Below are positions 20,276-29,447 of a stretch of DNA of 64,000 bases, piece after piece. Under the pieces are notes generated by a model. That model had not been told where the DNA came from. It worked only from the letters and a program-made list of their open reading frames with translations, and made no database searches. Numbering within the stretch: the stretch's first letter is position 1; each line of letters opens with the position of its first letter. The stretch lies in NCBI RefSeq assembly GCF_000758165.1, contig NZ_JNUP01000067.1, forward strand, positions 77,646 to 141,645, written 5' to 3'. Source of the DNA: Spirochaeta lutea (GTDB lineage Bacteria > Spirochaetota > Spirochaetia > DSM-27196 > Salinispiraceae). Position numbers and translations under genes: made by a program.

Positions 20276-22408
20276 TCAGGGCACGAGCCAGCATACCTGA
20301 TAGGGCTGAAGAAGAATAGTATCCTCGGTGAGGGCCATTCGCTCCTCTGCCAACAGGTCAAGGGGATTCGGGTAAAGACCGTTCAGCCTCAACAGGTTTA
20401 CCCGGACCTGCTGAGGATTTTCGCTGAAATTTGCCAGAACAAGGAGCTGCCGGGCATCACCGCTCCGAAGGAATGCCAGCACATGCTGGTTTCCCGAGGA
20501 TAGCACCTGGGTTTCGCCCTGGCCGAGCACCGTCAGAGACTTGCGCAGCTCAATCATCCGCTTGAGACTTCGAAAAACGGATTCACTTGCCTTGTGGAAC
20601 ACCGGAGAGTCCTCCAGGGGATTGGCGCTGGTGTATTCTGACCCGGAACCAGCATTGGCGCCGGTGTGCTGCTCGGCTGGCCCGCCGGCTTGGATCGCTG
20701 TCCCTTGGTTCTGGTTCTTTGCCCCGCCGGGCTGACCAGCCGCCCCGTCGGTTTGACCAGCCGCCCCGTCCCCGGGGACGGGCAGTCCAAGGCTCGACAG
20801 GGTTCTGCCAGCCAAATCCCAGTCAAAGGCCGGGCGATGCACCCACCGGCTGTCCTTGCTCTTCCCTGCTTCCGAGGTGTAGCCGTACCAATTCAACCGG
20901 GCTAACTCATCTCCCAGGTATAAAACGGGGATCCCCCCGATGGCCATGATAATACTGTGAATCAACAGCATGCGCTGCTCAGCATACCCGGCCTCGGTGG
21001 AGGCACTATCGGGATCGCTGTGGCGGACGGCCATTTCTAACCCGGTCAGGCTCCCGGCAGTCCCGCTGATCCGGCAATCTCCCGTCAAGGGGTTATATTG
21101 AAAGGGAACCCCCCGGGCAAAGCTGCCCTCGAAGGTTCCGGTGTAGAAATCATTAAGAAACCGGCGGTGGTCATACCCGTTTATACCCAGCTCCGCCGCA
21201 TCCTCATCGGCAAAGGTCCAGCCGATATCATCATGGCTACGGACGTAGTTGACCCAGGCACAATCCCCGGGAATACCGAAGCGGCGTTGTAAACTATGTT
21301 CCAACAGATTCACCCGCCGGGTCGCCAGACTCTCCCACAACAGCGCCATCAACAAGGGATTGTAACTGACCTCGCACTCCGTGGAGGAGATGTACTTCAC
21401 CACCTCAGAAGGGTGCACAATGGCCTCGCTCTTAAACACCATAGCCGGCGCGGCAATCTTGGCCGCCAGACGGAAGCATTGAATCAGGGTATGGGCCTTG
21501 GGAAGGTTCTCACAGCCCGTCCCCTTCTCCTTCCAGGTGAAGGCCAGGGCATCCAGGCGCAGCACCTCGGCGCCGTGGTTTGCAATAAATAACATCTCCT
21601 CTACCATGGCGGTAAAGGTTTTCGGATTCTGATAATTCAAATCCCATTGATAACTATTAAAGGTCGTCCAAACCCAAGCCTCCATCTCAGGCTCATAGGT
21701 GAAACTACCCTTCCGGACGTCCGGGAAGATATCACGCAGGGTCCGGTTGTACTCCTGAACCTCACCCTCGTCCTCCAATACAAAGTAGTAGTCCCGATAC
21801 TCCGGATCTCCCTCCTTCGCCTTTCGGGCCCAGATATGCTCATGGGAGGTGTGGTTAAACACAAAATCTAGTACCAAGCTTATCCCGTCCCTCCGCAGGT
21901 CTCGAGCGAGTTCCTGGAGCTGCTTCATGGTTCCCAGCTCTGGCATAACCTCCCGGTAGCTGGAAATAGCATAGCCGCCGTCGTTCTCGGACTCAGGCGC
22001 CTTAAACAGGGGCATCAGGTGGATGTAGGTGATTCCAATGTCTTTGAGGTAGTCTATCCGCTGCCTCAACCCCTCCAGGGTTTTGGCATAGAGATCAACA
22101 TAGAGCATTGCCCCCACCATGGTTTGAGACCTAAACCAGTACGGATCTTCTTCCCGCCGGTAATCCAGCTTTTTAAGATCCGCCTCCCGGTTCCGCCAGC
22201 CCTCCGCCAGACGGCGGATCAGGGTTTCTAAATGAAAATAAAAATCCCAACGGTGCCCGTAGAGTTCAAACAATCGAGGAAATAACTGAGGAAAGTACCG
22301 GTGCATCCTCTGGGAAAAGGCCTGCCGGTGTTTTACCGGCAGGTTTCCCAAGGCTTCCTGGATGACCGGCTCCAGCAGCCCGAGGGCTGCATGGGCATCT
22401 CGTTCCAT
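20276..22408 (-). CDS. Amylosucrase (GH13_4 sucrose glucosyltransferase) with a ~65-aa low-complexity insertion near the C-terminus.
   Basis: Extensive colinear similarity to Neisseria amylosucrase blocks: LMPLFKAPESENDGGYAISSYREV, DFVFNHTSHEHIWA, WVWTTFNSYQWDLNY, RLDALAFTWKEKGTGCENLP, VNYVRSHDDIGWTFADEDAAELGINGYDHRRFL, QPYQVCWL. Confidence 0.85.
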   Translation of the reverse strand: MERDAHAALGLLEPVIQEALGNLPVKHRQAFSQRMHRYFPQLFPRLFELYGHRWDFYFHLETLIRRLAEGWRNREADLKKLDYRREEDPYWFRSQTMVGAMLYVDLYAKTLEGLRQRIDYLKDIGITYIHLMPLFKAPESENDGGYAISSYREVMPELGTMKQLQELARDLRRDGISLVLDFVFNHTSHEHIWARKAKEGDPEYRDYYFVLEDEGEVQEYNRTLRDIFPDVRKGSFTYEPEMEAWVWTTFNSYQWDLNYQNPKTFTAMVEEMLFIANHGAEVLRLDALAFTWKEKGTGCENLPKAHTLIQCFRLAAKIAAPAMVFKSEAIVHPSEVVKYISSTECEVSYNPLLMALLWESLATRRVNLLEHSLQRRFGIPGDCAWVNYVRSHDDIGWTFADEDAAELGINGYDHRRFLNDFYTGTFEGSFARGVPFQYNPLTGDCRISGTAGSLTGLEMAVRHSDPDSASTEAGYAEQRMLLIHSIIMAIGGIPVLYLGDELARLNWYGYTSEAGKSKDSRWVHRPAFDWDLAGRTLSSLGLPVPGDGAAGQTDGAAGQPGGAKNQNQGTAIQAGGPAEQHTGANAGSGSEYTSANPLEDSPVFHKASESVFRSLKRMIELRKSLTVLGQGETQVLSSGNQHVLAFLRSGDARQLLVLANFSENPQQVRVNLLRLNGLYPNPLDLLAEERMALTEDTILLQPYQVCWLVP

Positions 22409-22420
22409 GATACTAGCTCC

Positions 22421-23419
22421 TTATCCCTTAACCGATCCGGCCATGAGTCCGCGGACAAAGAACCGTTGAAGGGCGAAAAATACCACCAGAGGCAGAGCCA
22501 TACTGACGAAGGCGCCGGCGGTTAACAGATGCCAGTCCTGCCCCCGGGTTCCGACGATGTTCAAGAGCCGCTGGGTTATTACCTCAACCTGCTCTCCGGC
22601 ACCGCTGAGGAACACCAGGGCTACCAGCAAGTCGTTCCAGACCCAGATGAACTGGAAAATTGCGAAACTCGCCAATGCCGGCACGGAAAGAGGAAGGATC
22701 AGCCGGGTGAAGGTGGTAAAGTGACTTGCCCCGTCCAAAAACGCACTCTCCATGATACTCCTGGGAATGGTGGAGATGTAGTTAAACAGCAGATAGGTGG
22801 CCAGGGCTAGTCCAAATCCCGTATGGGCCAACCAAATTCCCAGGTAACTACCGTTCAGCCCAATTGCCATGTAGTCCCGGAGAATAGGAATCAGGGCAAT
22901 CTGCAGGGGAACAACCAACAATCCGACGATGGTCGCAAAGAGAATCTTCCTTCCGGGGAAATCCAGCCAGGCAAAACCGTAGGCCGCGAATGCCGCAATA
23001 AGTATCGGAATTATTACCGCCGGTACGGTCACCGTGATACTGTTCAAGAAACTATTAAGCATATTGTCGCCCCTGGAGGAGACAACAGTGCCGTCTGCCC
23101 GGGTGTAGGAGTAATCCTGCCCGGCGAGCACCTGCTCGTAGTTTCGCAGTGTAAAGGCCCCGGGATCCGAAAAGCTGGTCCACCAACCGCTGGTTACTAC
23201 CTCATCGCGGTCCCTGAAACTGGTTACCAACACCCCGAGGGTCGGCAGGGTCCAGATTATACAAATAAGTGCAAGGAATCCGTTCACCAGAATTTTCTGA
23301 ACCAGGGTTTTCTGCCTCTGGCTCTTTGGCTTACTCAGTACGATCTTTTTTCCGAGTTGCTCTTCCTTTTCCACGGGAGCGGTGGATTCCACTGACATGA
23401 GTACTTGTAAGCGCTTCAT
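22421..23419 (-). CDS. Carbohydrate ABC transporter permease (MalG-like).
   Basis: EAA-loop ESAFLDGASHFTTFTRLILPL, with multiple TM helices. Confidence 0.8.
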   Translation of the reverse strand: MKRLQVLMSVESTAPVEKEEQLGKKIVLSKPKSQRQKTLVQKILVNGFLALICIIWTLPTLGVLVTSFRDRDEVVTSGWWTSFSDPGAFTLRNYEQVLAGQDYSYTRADGTVVSSRGDNMLNSFLNSITVTVPAVIIPILIAAFAAYGFAWLDFPGRKILFATIVGLLVVPLQIALIPILRDYMAIGLNGSYLGIWLAHTGFGLALATYLLFNYISTIPRSIMESAFLDGASHFTTFTRLILPLSVPALASFAIFQFIWVWNDLLVALVFLSGAGEQVEVITQRLLNIVGTRGQDWHLLTAGAFVSMALPLVVFFALQRFFVRGLMAGSVKG

Positions 23420-24531
23420 TAGAATACCTCCCGTTTTCCGAACTGCTTGAGGTTGTACCAGATCACCGGTGTAACCGCGAGTAGAATGATTATGGCGATG
23501 GCCGAACCGCGTCCGTAGTGAAGAAACTTAAACATCTGCTTATACTGCTGGCTCGCCAACACCTCCGTCCCGTACAATCCGTTGGTCATGGAATACACAA
23601 TGTCGAATATTTTCAACGTAATCAGAAGGATGGTCGTAGACACGGTAACGATGGAACCCTTGATACTGGGAACAATGATGCTGGTGATAATCCGGATTTC
23701 CCCGGCACCGTCGATCCGCCCAGCCTCCAACAACTCATTGGGTACCGTTTTTATGGCTGCGGATAACACCACCATCGCGAAGCCGGTTTGCAGCCAAATC
23801 AGAATGAAGATCAAAAAGATATTATTCCATGGCCGCATGACAATCCAGTTTTGAGGATCACCCCCGAAGGAGGTCACAATGGCATTCAATAAGCCGATCT
23901 GCTCGTATCCCGGGGGCTGATAGGCATAGATAAACTTCCAGATAACCCCTGCACCGACGAAGGAAATAGCCATGGGTGCAAAGATGAAGGCCTTGGCAAC
24001 CTTTTCGAACCCCGAGCGGTCTGCGAGCAGGGCAATAATGAGTCCCAAAAGTACGCTCCCCCCGGTGCCGACTACGAGCCAAAGCAGGTTATTCACAAAG
24101 GCAGTCTGCATGGTGGGGTCGGTAAACACATAGATATAGTTGTCCAGCCCCACAAAGTTCTCGCTCACCCGATCGAAGAAACTCAGGTAGAAGGAACGCA
24201 GGGTGGGCAGCATCAGGTACCAGCCCAGGATAGCAATGGCCGGGCCGACAAACATAAAGGGAGTGAGCCTTTTACGCCAGATGCCGTTGGTACGCTGAAT
24301 AACCCAGTTGGTCACCCAATAGAGTGCAGCAGCCCCGCCGACCCCCCATATGATTGCACTAATGGTAATCACAATCTGCGGCGCATTGCTGTCTCGGAGG
24401 AATAAGAATCCGAAGTATAAAACCACAAAGACAAGAAGGGGCACGGCGAAACTCACCACGAGCCTGGCAACCCAGCTGAGTATACGCTGTACCGGAGAAT
24501 CCGACTTGTCGCTCATATTAAAATCAGTCAT
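23419..24531 (-). CDS. Carbohydrate ABC transporter permease (MalF-like). Start placed at MTDFNM, which has an AGGAG RBS.
   Basis: EAA-loop LEAGRIDGAGEIRIITSIIVPS. Start overlaps the stop of the next permease. Confidence 0.8.
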   Translation of the reverse strand: MTDFNMSDKSDSPVQRILSWVARLVVSFAVPLLVFVVLYFGFLFLRDSNAPQIVITISAIIWGVGGAAALYWVTNWVIQRTNGIWRKRLTPFMFVGPAIAILGWYLMLPTLRSFYLSFFDRVSENFVGLDNYIYVFTDPTMQTAFVNNLLWLVVGTGGSVLLGLIIALLADRSGFEKVAKAFIFAPMAISFVGAGVIWKFIYAYQPPGYEQIGLLNAIVTSFGGDPQNWIVMRPWNNIFLIFILIWLQTGFAMVVLSAAIKTVPNELLEAGRIDGAGEIRIITSIIVPSIKGSIVTVSTTILLITLKIFDIVYSMTNGLYGTEVLASQQYKQMFKFLHYGRGSAIAIIILLAVTPVIWYNLKQFGKREVF

Positions 24532-24684
24532 GATGAAACTCCTAAAAAGAAAGCCCAATCCGGTCACTCGTTTTGCTGGCGATGGAACCGAATTGGGCAG
24601 CTTGGCTGGCTTCGAATAAGCCTGGTAGATCTCATCCCGGTCCGGCCCGATTAGCTCGAACCGGATCAGGAAAGAATCAGATAC

Positions 24685-25986
24685 TTACCGGGGCCAGCTT
24701 CTTTCGATCTGGGTCAGAACGGTAGAGATATCCACACCGCTAACCAGGTCAGCCATTCCAGTCCAGAAGGTTCCGGCACCAACCTCAGCAGGCATCAGGT
24801 CGGATGCATCGAAGCGGAATACTTCAGCATTAACCAATATCCGTGCAAGATCTGCTTCCAGAGAAGAACCGTAGTCATCAAAGTTCTGGTCCTGGTGGGG
24901 GAAGAGTGCTCCACCTGCCTGGGCCCATGACTTGGCAGAATCCCAGGTGGTCAGGAATTCCATTACCTGGACAACCTCAGGACGCTGGCTGAACATTACA
25001 AACTGGTCGCCACCGCCGAGTACAGGTGTTCCCCATTGTTCATCGATGGAGGGAAGTGCGAATACACCGACCTCTTCTTCAAGGTTTGCTTGAACATCCT
25101 CGGGCATGAAACTGGTAATGAAGTTACCCTGGCGATGCAGCATGGCCCGGGGAGGATTTCCCGTAAACAGGGGAGAAATTGCATCCCCGAAGTTGGTGGT
25201 AAGAATGTTGGTGGGTCCACCCAGTACATAGTCAGCATCCATCCACAGCTCGGCCATAATCTCAGCAGCCCGCTGAACAGCAGGATGGTTGAAGGGAATC
25301 TCATGGTTCACCCACTGGTCGTATACATCAGGTCCTGCGGTTCGCAGCATGATGTCTTCCATCCAGTCTGTGGCGACCCAACCGGTGGCTGCACCGGATT
25401 CCATTCCGATGGACCAAGGAACGATACCGTCAGCAGCGATTTCCTGGGTCAGGGCCCGGAGTTCGTCCCAGGTGGTGGGGATTTCATACCCGGCTGCCTC
25501 GAAGGCTTTTTTGGGGTACCAAACAAAGCTCTTGGCGTTTACCCGGTGGAATACACCGTATACATTGCCCTCGTAGGTGCCAAGATCTTTCCACGCGCTG
25601 GTGTAATTTGCATCGATCCGGTTGATCACGCTCTGGGGCAGGGGTTTCAGATACCCACGGCCTGCCAGATTGTACATAAGTCCGGGCTGGGGAAGGGCGG
25701 CAATGTCCGGGGGAGTACCGGCCTCAGCCTGAACCAGAATCTGGGTTTCAAACTCAGGGCTTCCCTCGTAAATTACATTGATACCAGTACGGTCGATAAA
25801 AGGCTTAAGTGCCTCACGGAAGCGTGCAGCCTCTTCCGCCCTGAAAGCGCCGAAAATCCGAACCGTCTTCTGTGCCTCAGCGCTGGGCTGAGCCTGTTGT
25901 TCACCCTGTCCTCCCGCAAAAAGGGCTGCGGGAACCAGAAGTGCAGCGATCATTACCAAAATAATCGCCTTACCTAACCTCTTCAT
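24685..25986 (-). CDS. Extracellular solute-binding protein of a sugar ABC transporter.
   Basis: Signal peptide MKRLGKAIILVMIAALLVPAALFAGG, 433 aa. It heads the permease-permease-amylosucrase operon. Confidence 0.8.
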   Translation of the reverse strand: MKRLGKAIILVMIAALLVPAALFAGGQGEQQAQPSAEAQKTVRIFGAFRAEEAARFREALKPFIDRTGINVIYEGSPEFETQILVQAEAGTPPDIAALPQPGLMYNLAGRGYLKPLPQSVINRIDANYTSAWKDLGTYEGNVYGVFHRVNAKSFVWYPKKAFEAAGYEIPTTWDELRALTQEIAADGIVPWSIGMESGAATGWVATDWMEDIMLRTAGPDVYDQWVNHEIPFNHPAVQRAAEIMAELWMDADYVLGGPTNILTTNFGDAISPLFTGNPPRAMLHRQGNFITSFMPEDVQANLEEEVGVFALPSIDEQWGTPVLGGGDQFVMFSQRPEVVQVMEFLTTWDSAKSWAQAGGALFPHQDQNFDDYGSSLEADLARILVNAEVFRFDASDLMPAEVGAGTFWTGMADLVSGVDISTVLTQIERSWPR

Positions 25987-26028
25987 ACCTACCTCCTCGT
26001 ATGTATAGGTCCTTACTTTTTTCCGGAA

Positions 26029-27027
26029 CTAACAACTGCCCCGGTCTATTACCGATAATTCAAGAAACACCTTCTGAGCCGGGTAATCCGGGGTCTCAAT
26101 GTGTTTCTGCAGCAACTCCGCTGCCAACCGTCCTGAGGCGTCCAGATTCTGACGGACCGTACTCAGGTGCAGGAACTCAGCCATATCAAGATCATCAAAG
26201 CCCAGAACGCCCAGCTCCTGGGGAACCCGGATGCCCTGCTGCGCCGCCTCCTTTAAGATTTTGGCGGCGATAATATCCGAGCTGGCAAATAGGGCCTGGG
26301 GTCGCTCGGGCTGTTCCAGGAGCTCCTTTATCCAGCGCTCCACGGAATGCTCGGCGAACTCCCCGGTACGCACAAAACGCTCATCCAGCTCGATACCCTC
26401 CTCGGAAAGCCGCTGACGGAAACCGTCCAACCGCAGCTCGGTGGCCTTGAGGGTAAACTCCATGGAAGAATACTCCCCCACAAAGCCCAGGGTCCGGTAT
26501 CCCTTATTCCAGAGGAAATCCGCAGCAATCCAGCCCCCCCGGTGATTATCAATATCCACACAGCTGAACTCGTCAAACCCCGTCTCAACAAAGATGGTGG
26601 GCAGGTTCACCTGCTTGATCCGCTTTCTGGTATCCTCGGGGATGCTCAAACTCAAGATGATTAGCCCGTCCAAGCGGTTCGCTGTGGGCAGCATGTCCAG
26701 GTACTCCGCCAGCTGCTCAGGACTCTTTACCGTATAGATAATGAGCTCATACCGGCTGGGCAGCATGGCATCGGAGATGCCCCTGATACGCTGTACGAAG
26801 GACGCCTCGGTAAAAAAGGGGGTCAGAACCCCAACCCGGTTTAGATGCTTCCGTGCCCGGGCAATGGCCTCCGCCTTGGGTACAAACTGCAGATCCTCCA
26901 TGGCGGCCAGAACATCCTTGCGGGTTTTTTCATTGACCAGGTTCGGCGAGTTCAAAACCCTGCTCACCGTACTGATACTAACCCCCGCTGTCTTCGCCAC
27001 ATCATAGATGGTCGCCCGCTTGTTCAT
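26029..27027 (-). CDS. LacI-family transcriptional regulator.
   Basis: N-terminus MNKRATIYDVAKTAGVSISTVSRVLN is the canonical LacI HTH. The C-terminus is the periplasmic-binding-protein fold. Confidence 0.85.
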   Translation of the reverse strand: MNKRATIYDVAKTAGVSISTVSRVLNSPNLVNEKTRKDVLAAMEDLQFVPKAEAIARARKHLNRVGVLTPFFTEASFVQRIRGISDAMLPSRYELIIYTVKSPEQLAEYLDMLPTANRLDGLIILSLSIPEDTRKRIKQVNLPTIFVETGFDEFSCVDIDNHRGGWIAADFLWNKGYRTLGFVGEYSSMEFTLKATELRLDGFRQRLSEEGIELDERFVRTGEFAEHSVERWIKELLEQPERPQALFASSDIIAAKILKEAAQQGIRVPQELGVLGFDDLDMAEFLHLSTVRQNLDASGRLAAELLQKHIETPDYPAQKVFLELSVIDRGSC

Positions 27028-27040
27028 CCCCGTTCCTTCG

Positions 27041-27060
27041 TTATGAAAGTGCTTTCATAA
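27041..27060. promoter_or_regulatory. Perfect 20-bp palindrome TTATGAAAGTGCTTTCATAA: LacI-family (cre-like) operator candidate in the divergent LacI / TreS-like intergenic region.
   Basis: 9-bp perfect inverted repeat around a TG centre. It resembles the TGWAANCGNTNWCA LacI/CcpA-type operator and lies 14 bp upstream of the LacI gene start. Confidence 0.5.
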
Positions 27061-27164
27061 AAGCTATTTTCATGATAAGCTAGATTCACCGGTTGTCAAG
27101 GAGAAATTTCAACCTTTTACAGAATTACCAATAAAACAGGCGTATACACCAAGGAGGAGGCCTT

Positions 27165-28883
27165 ATGAATCACAGCATCGATGAGCTTTGGGAATCAGTA
27201 TATGGGGATTCCAATGGGGCGGCGGAAGAACTGCGCCACCTGAAGACCGAACTCGAGCGGTTCCACCCCAGTGCCAGCCAGTACGATACCGGAGAAATCT
27301 CCGCCGTCCACGAGCACCAACTGAGCTCCGGCCAGGAACCGGCCTGGTACCAGGAAGCCGTGGTATATGCCCTCTATACCCAGCACTTCAATAAGACCTT
27401 CACCGGCCTGAGCGAAAAGCTCGATCATTTGGCGCATCTGGGGGTAACCTGCCTCTGGCTGCTGCCCATCCTGGACAGCCCCATGCGGGATGAGGGCTTC
27501 GATGTTTCGGATTTTTATTCCATCCGGCCGGGGCTGTTTCCCGACAGCATCCCCCGGGATCTGCACCAGGCGGAATTCCGGCGTTTCCTCCAGGCTGCCC
27601 ACGAGAAGGGAATCCGGGTAATCTTCGATATCGCCCTGAATCACATCAGCATCGACCACCCATGGTTCCAGAAGGCCGTCAGCCAGCCCGAAAGCCCGGA
27701 ATTTTCCTACTTTCATTGGTCGGATACCGGAGAGGAGCATGAAAAAGCCCGGATCATCTTTAAGGGAATGCTGGAATCGAACTGGGAATATGAGCCTCGG
27801 GTAGGAAAGTACTACTTTCACCGGTTCTACCCCCATCAACCCGATCTAAACTACGAAAACCCCCGGCTGCTCCGGGAGGTCATCCAAGCCTGCTTATACT
27901 GGATCGACCAGGGAGTAGACGGCTTTCGGGTGGATGCTGCTCCCTACTTCTGGAAGGATGCAGACACCGATTCCGAAAACCATCCCAACACCCACATGAT
28001 TATAAAAATACTGCGAGCCGCGGTGGAGGCTGCCAAACCCGGCACCCTGCTCCTGGCAGAAGCCTGCCAGCCGCCCCGGCAGGTGGTGGACTACTTCGGC
28101 CAAGGGGATGAATGCCAGGGGGCCTACCACTTCCCCCTGATGCCCCGGCTTTTCTTGAGCCTAGCCGAGGGAAACGGGGAGGCAATAAAACGGGTGCTCA
28201 GTCCGGAGGTTACACCTCAAACCCCCCAGGGCACCCAGTGGTTCACCTTCCTGCGCTGCCATGACGAACTTACCCTGGAGATGGTAACCCCCCAGGAGCG
28301 GGAAACTATTTACGACTATTATTGCAAGGATCCGTCCTGGGATTTCCGCCAGGGAGAGGGCATATCCAGCCGACTAATCAATCTTCTGGAGACCCCCCAG
28401 AAGGTCCTGTTGGCCCATGCCCTGCTGCTCGGACTCTCGGGGACACCGGTTATCTACTACGGTGATGAGGTACTAACCCCGAATAACCAGGCCTTCAATC
28501 TGGAATGGCGCCAGCGTACGGGATACACCGACAGCCGGAACCTGGTCCGAGGCCCCCTGGATTGGCCTCACATCGAAGAGGCCTTGAAGGATCCAGCCTC
28601 CCCGGAGCACTGGCATTACAACCATCTATCCCAGCTCATCCATGCCAGGAGGCAGGAGCCAGCCTTTGCCTTGGGAGACCAGACCCTTGAAACCGGCCAC
28701 GCCCCCCTACTGCTCATCGTAAAACAGTACCAAAACACTGTCCTTCATCTCTGGTACAACCTCTCGGAACAGCCCCAGCCCCTCGGATCGACCGGGGACA
28801 GCCGGATTCTGGCGGCATACAACCATGATCCCGCTACCCATACCCTCGGCTCCCTGGGATTCCTCTGGTCGGTACGAAGCTGA
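27165..28883 (+). CDS. GH13 alpha-amylase-family enzyme, trehalose synthase / maltose alpha-D-glucosyltransferase (TreS)-like.
   Basis: Blocks WYQEAVVYALY, LPILDSPMRDEGFDVSDFYSI, DIALNHISIDHPWFQKA, YYFHRFYPHQPDLNYENP, GVDGFRVDAAPYFWK, YHFPLMPRLF, FLRCHDELTLEMVTPQERE, GTPVIYYGDE are colinear with TreS. RBS AAGGAGGAGG. Confidence 0.8.
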   Translation: MNHSIDELWESVYGDSNGAAEELRHLKTELERFHPSASQYDTGEISAVHEHQLSSGQEPAWYQEAVVYALYTQHFNKTFTGLSEKLDHLAHLGVTCLWLLPILDSPMRDEGFDVSDFYSIRPGLFPDSIPRDLHQAEFRRFLQAAHEKGIRVIFDIALNHISIDHPWFQKAVSQPESPEFSYFHWSDTGEEHEKARIIFKGMLESNWEYEPRVGKYYFHRFYPHQPDLNYENPRLLREVIQACLYWIDQGVDGFRVDAAPYFWKDADTDSENHPNTHMIIKILRAAVEAAKPGTLLLAEACQPPRQVVDYFGQGDECQGAYHFPLMPRLFLSLAEGNGEAIKRVLSPEVTPQTPQGTQWFTFLRCHDELTLEMVTPQERETIYDYYCKDPSWDFRQGEGISSRLINLLETPQKVLLAHALLLGLSGTPVIYYGDEVLTPNNQAFNLEWRQRTGYTDSRNLVRGPLDWPHIEEALKDPASPEHWHYNHLSQLIHARRQEPAFALGDQTLETGHAPLLLIVKQYQNTVLHLWYNLSEQPQPLGSTGDSRILAAYNHDPATHTLGSLGFLWSVRS

Positions 28884-28922
28884 TCCGGCCGCAACCCAGG
28901 CGCTGAGCCCAGGACCCAAGCC

Positions 28923-29447
28923 CTAGGGAATCCAGAATTCCCGGTCAAGGGCGGTGAGATCGCTGAAAAACTCATCAATCTCCCGCCCCTTGAGGGGCAC
29001 TCCCTCGATGTACACCCCGCTGCGGATAATCTCCAGCTCGGCATCCCGGGTAGAACGGAACACGAGAAGCTCAATCTCGACGTGGTCGGGATTATTCCGG
29101 ATTCTTCCTTCTATAGTTACCCGGGAATGGGACCGGTCAATGGGGTTACTCTGCCACCGGGCTCCAGGCATCACGGTTTCAATGATTCGGCCAAAGGGGC
29201 GGCCGGGATTCTCAATTGTGGGCGATTTCTGCACCGCGAATACCCAATCATCATGCTGCATACCCGTAATCAGAAGCATTCCCCCCGTCAGGGCGAGGAT
29301 GACAATAGGCAGAACAGGCCATAAACTCGGTTTTACGATGGGCCTGGCCGGGGTGACTGTAGAAAGCTGAGACCCGCAGTGGGGACAGTACTGGGCGTTT
29401 GGGGGCAGGGCCGGTTCTTGACAGATGGGACAGACTCTCGAATTCAT
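28923..29447 (-). CDS. Zinc-ribbon-domain membrane protein (hypothetical).
   Basis: N-terminal CPICQ...YCPHCG zinc ribbon, followed by one TM helix WPVLPIVILALTGGMLLITGM. ATGA overlap with the upstream zinc-ribbon gene. Confidence 0.5.
   Translation of the reverse strand: MNSRVCPICQEPALPPNAQYCPHCGSQLSTVTPARPIVKPSLWPVLPIVILALTGGMLLITGMQHDDWVFAVQKSPTIENPGRPFGRIIETVMPGARWQSNPIDRSHSRVTIEGRIRNNPDHVEIELLVFRSTRDAELEIIRSGVYIEGVPLKGREIDEFFSDLTALDREFWIP

Noticed and set aside
25036-25977. 313-aa + strand ORF opposite the sugar-binding protein gene
   Set aside because: It is antisense to a solute-binding protein with a clear signal peptide. It is a shadow frame.
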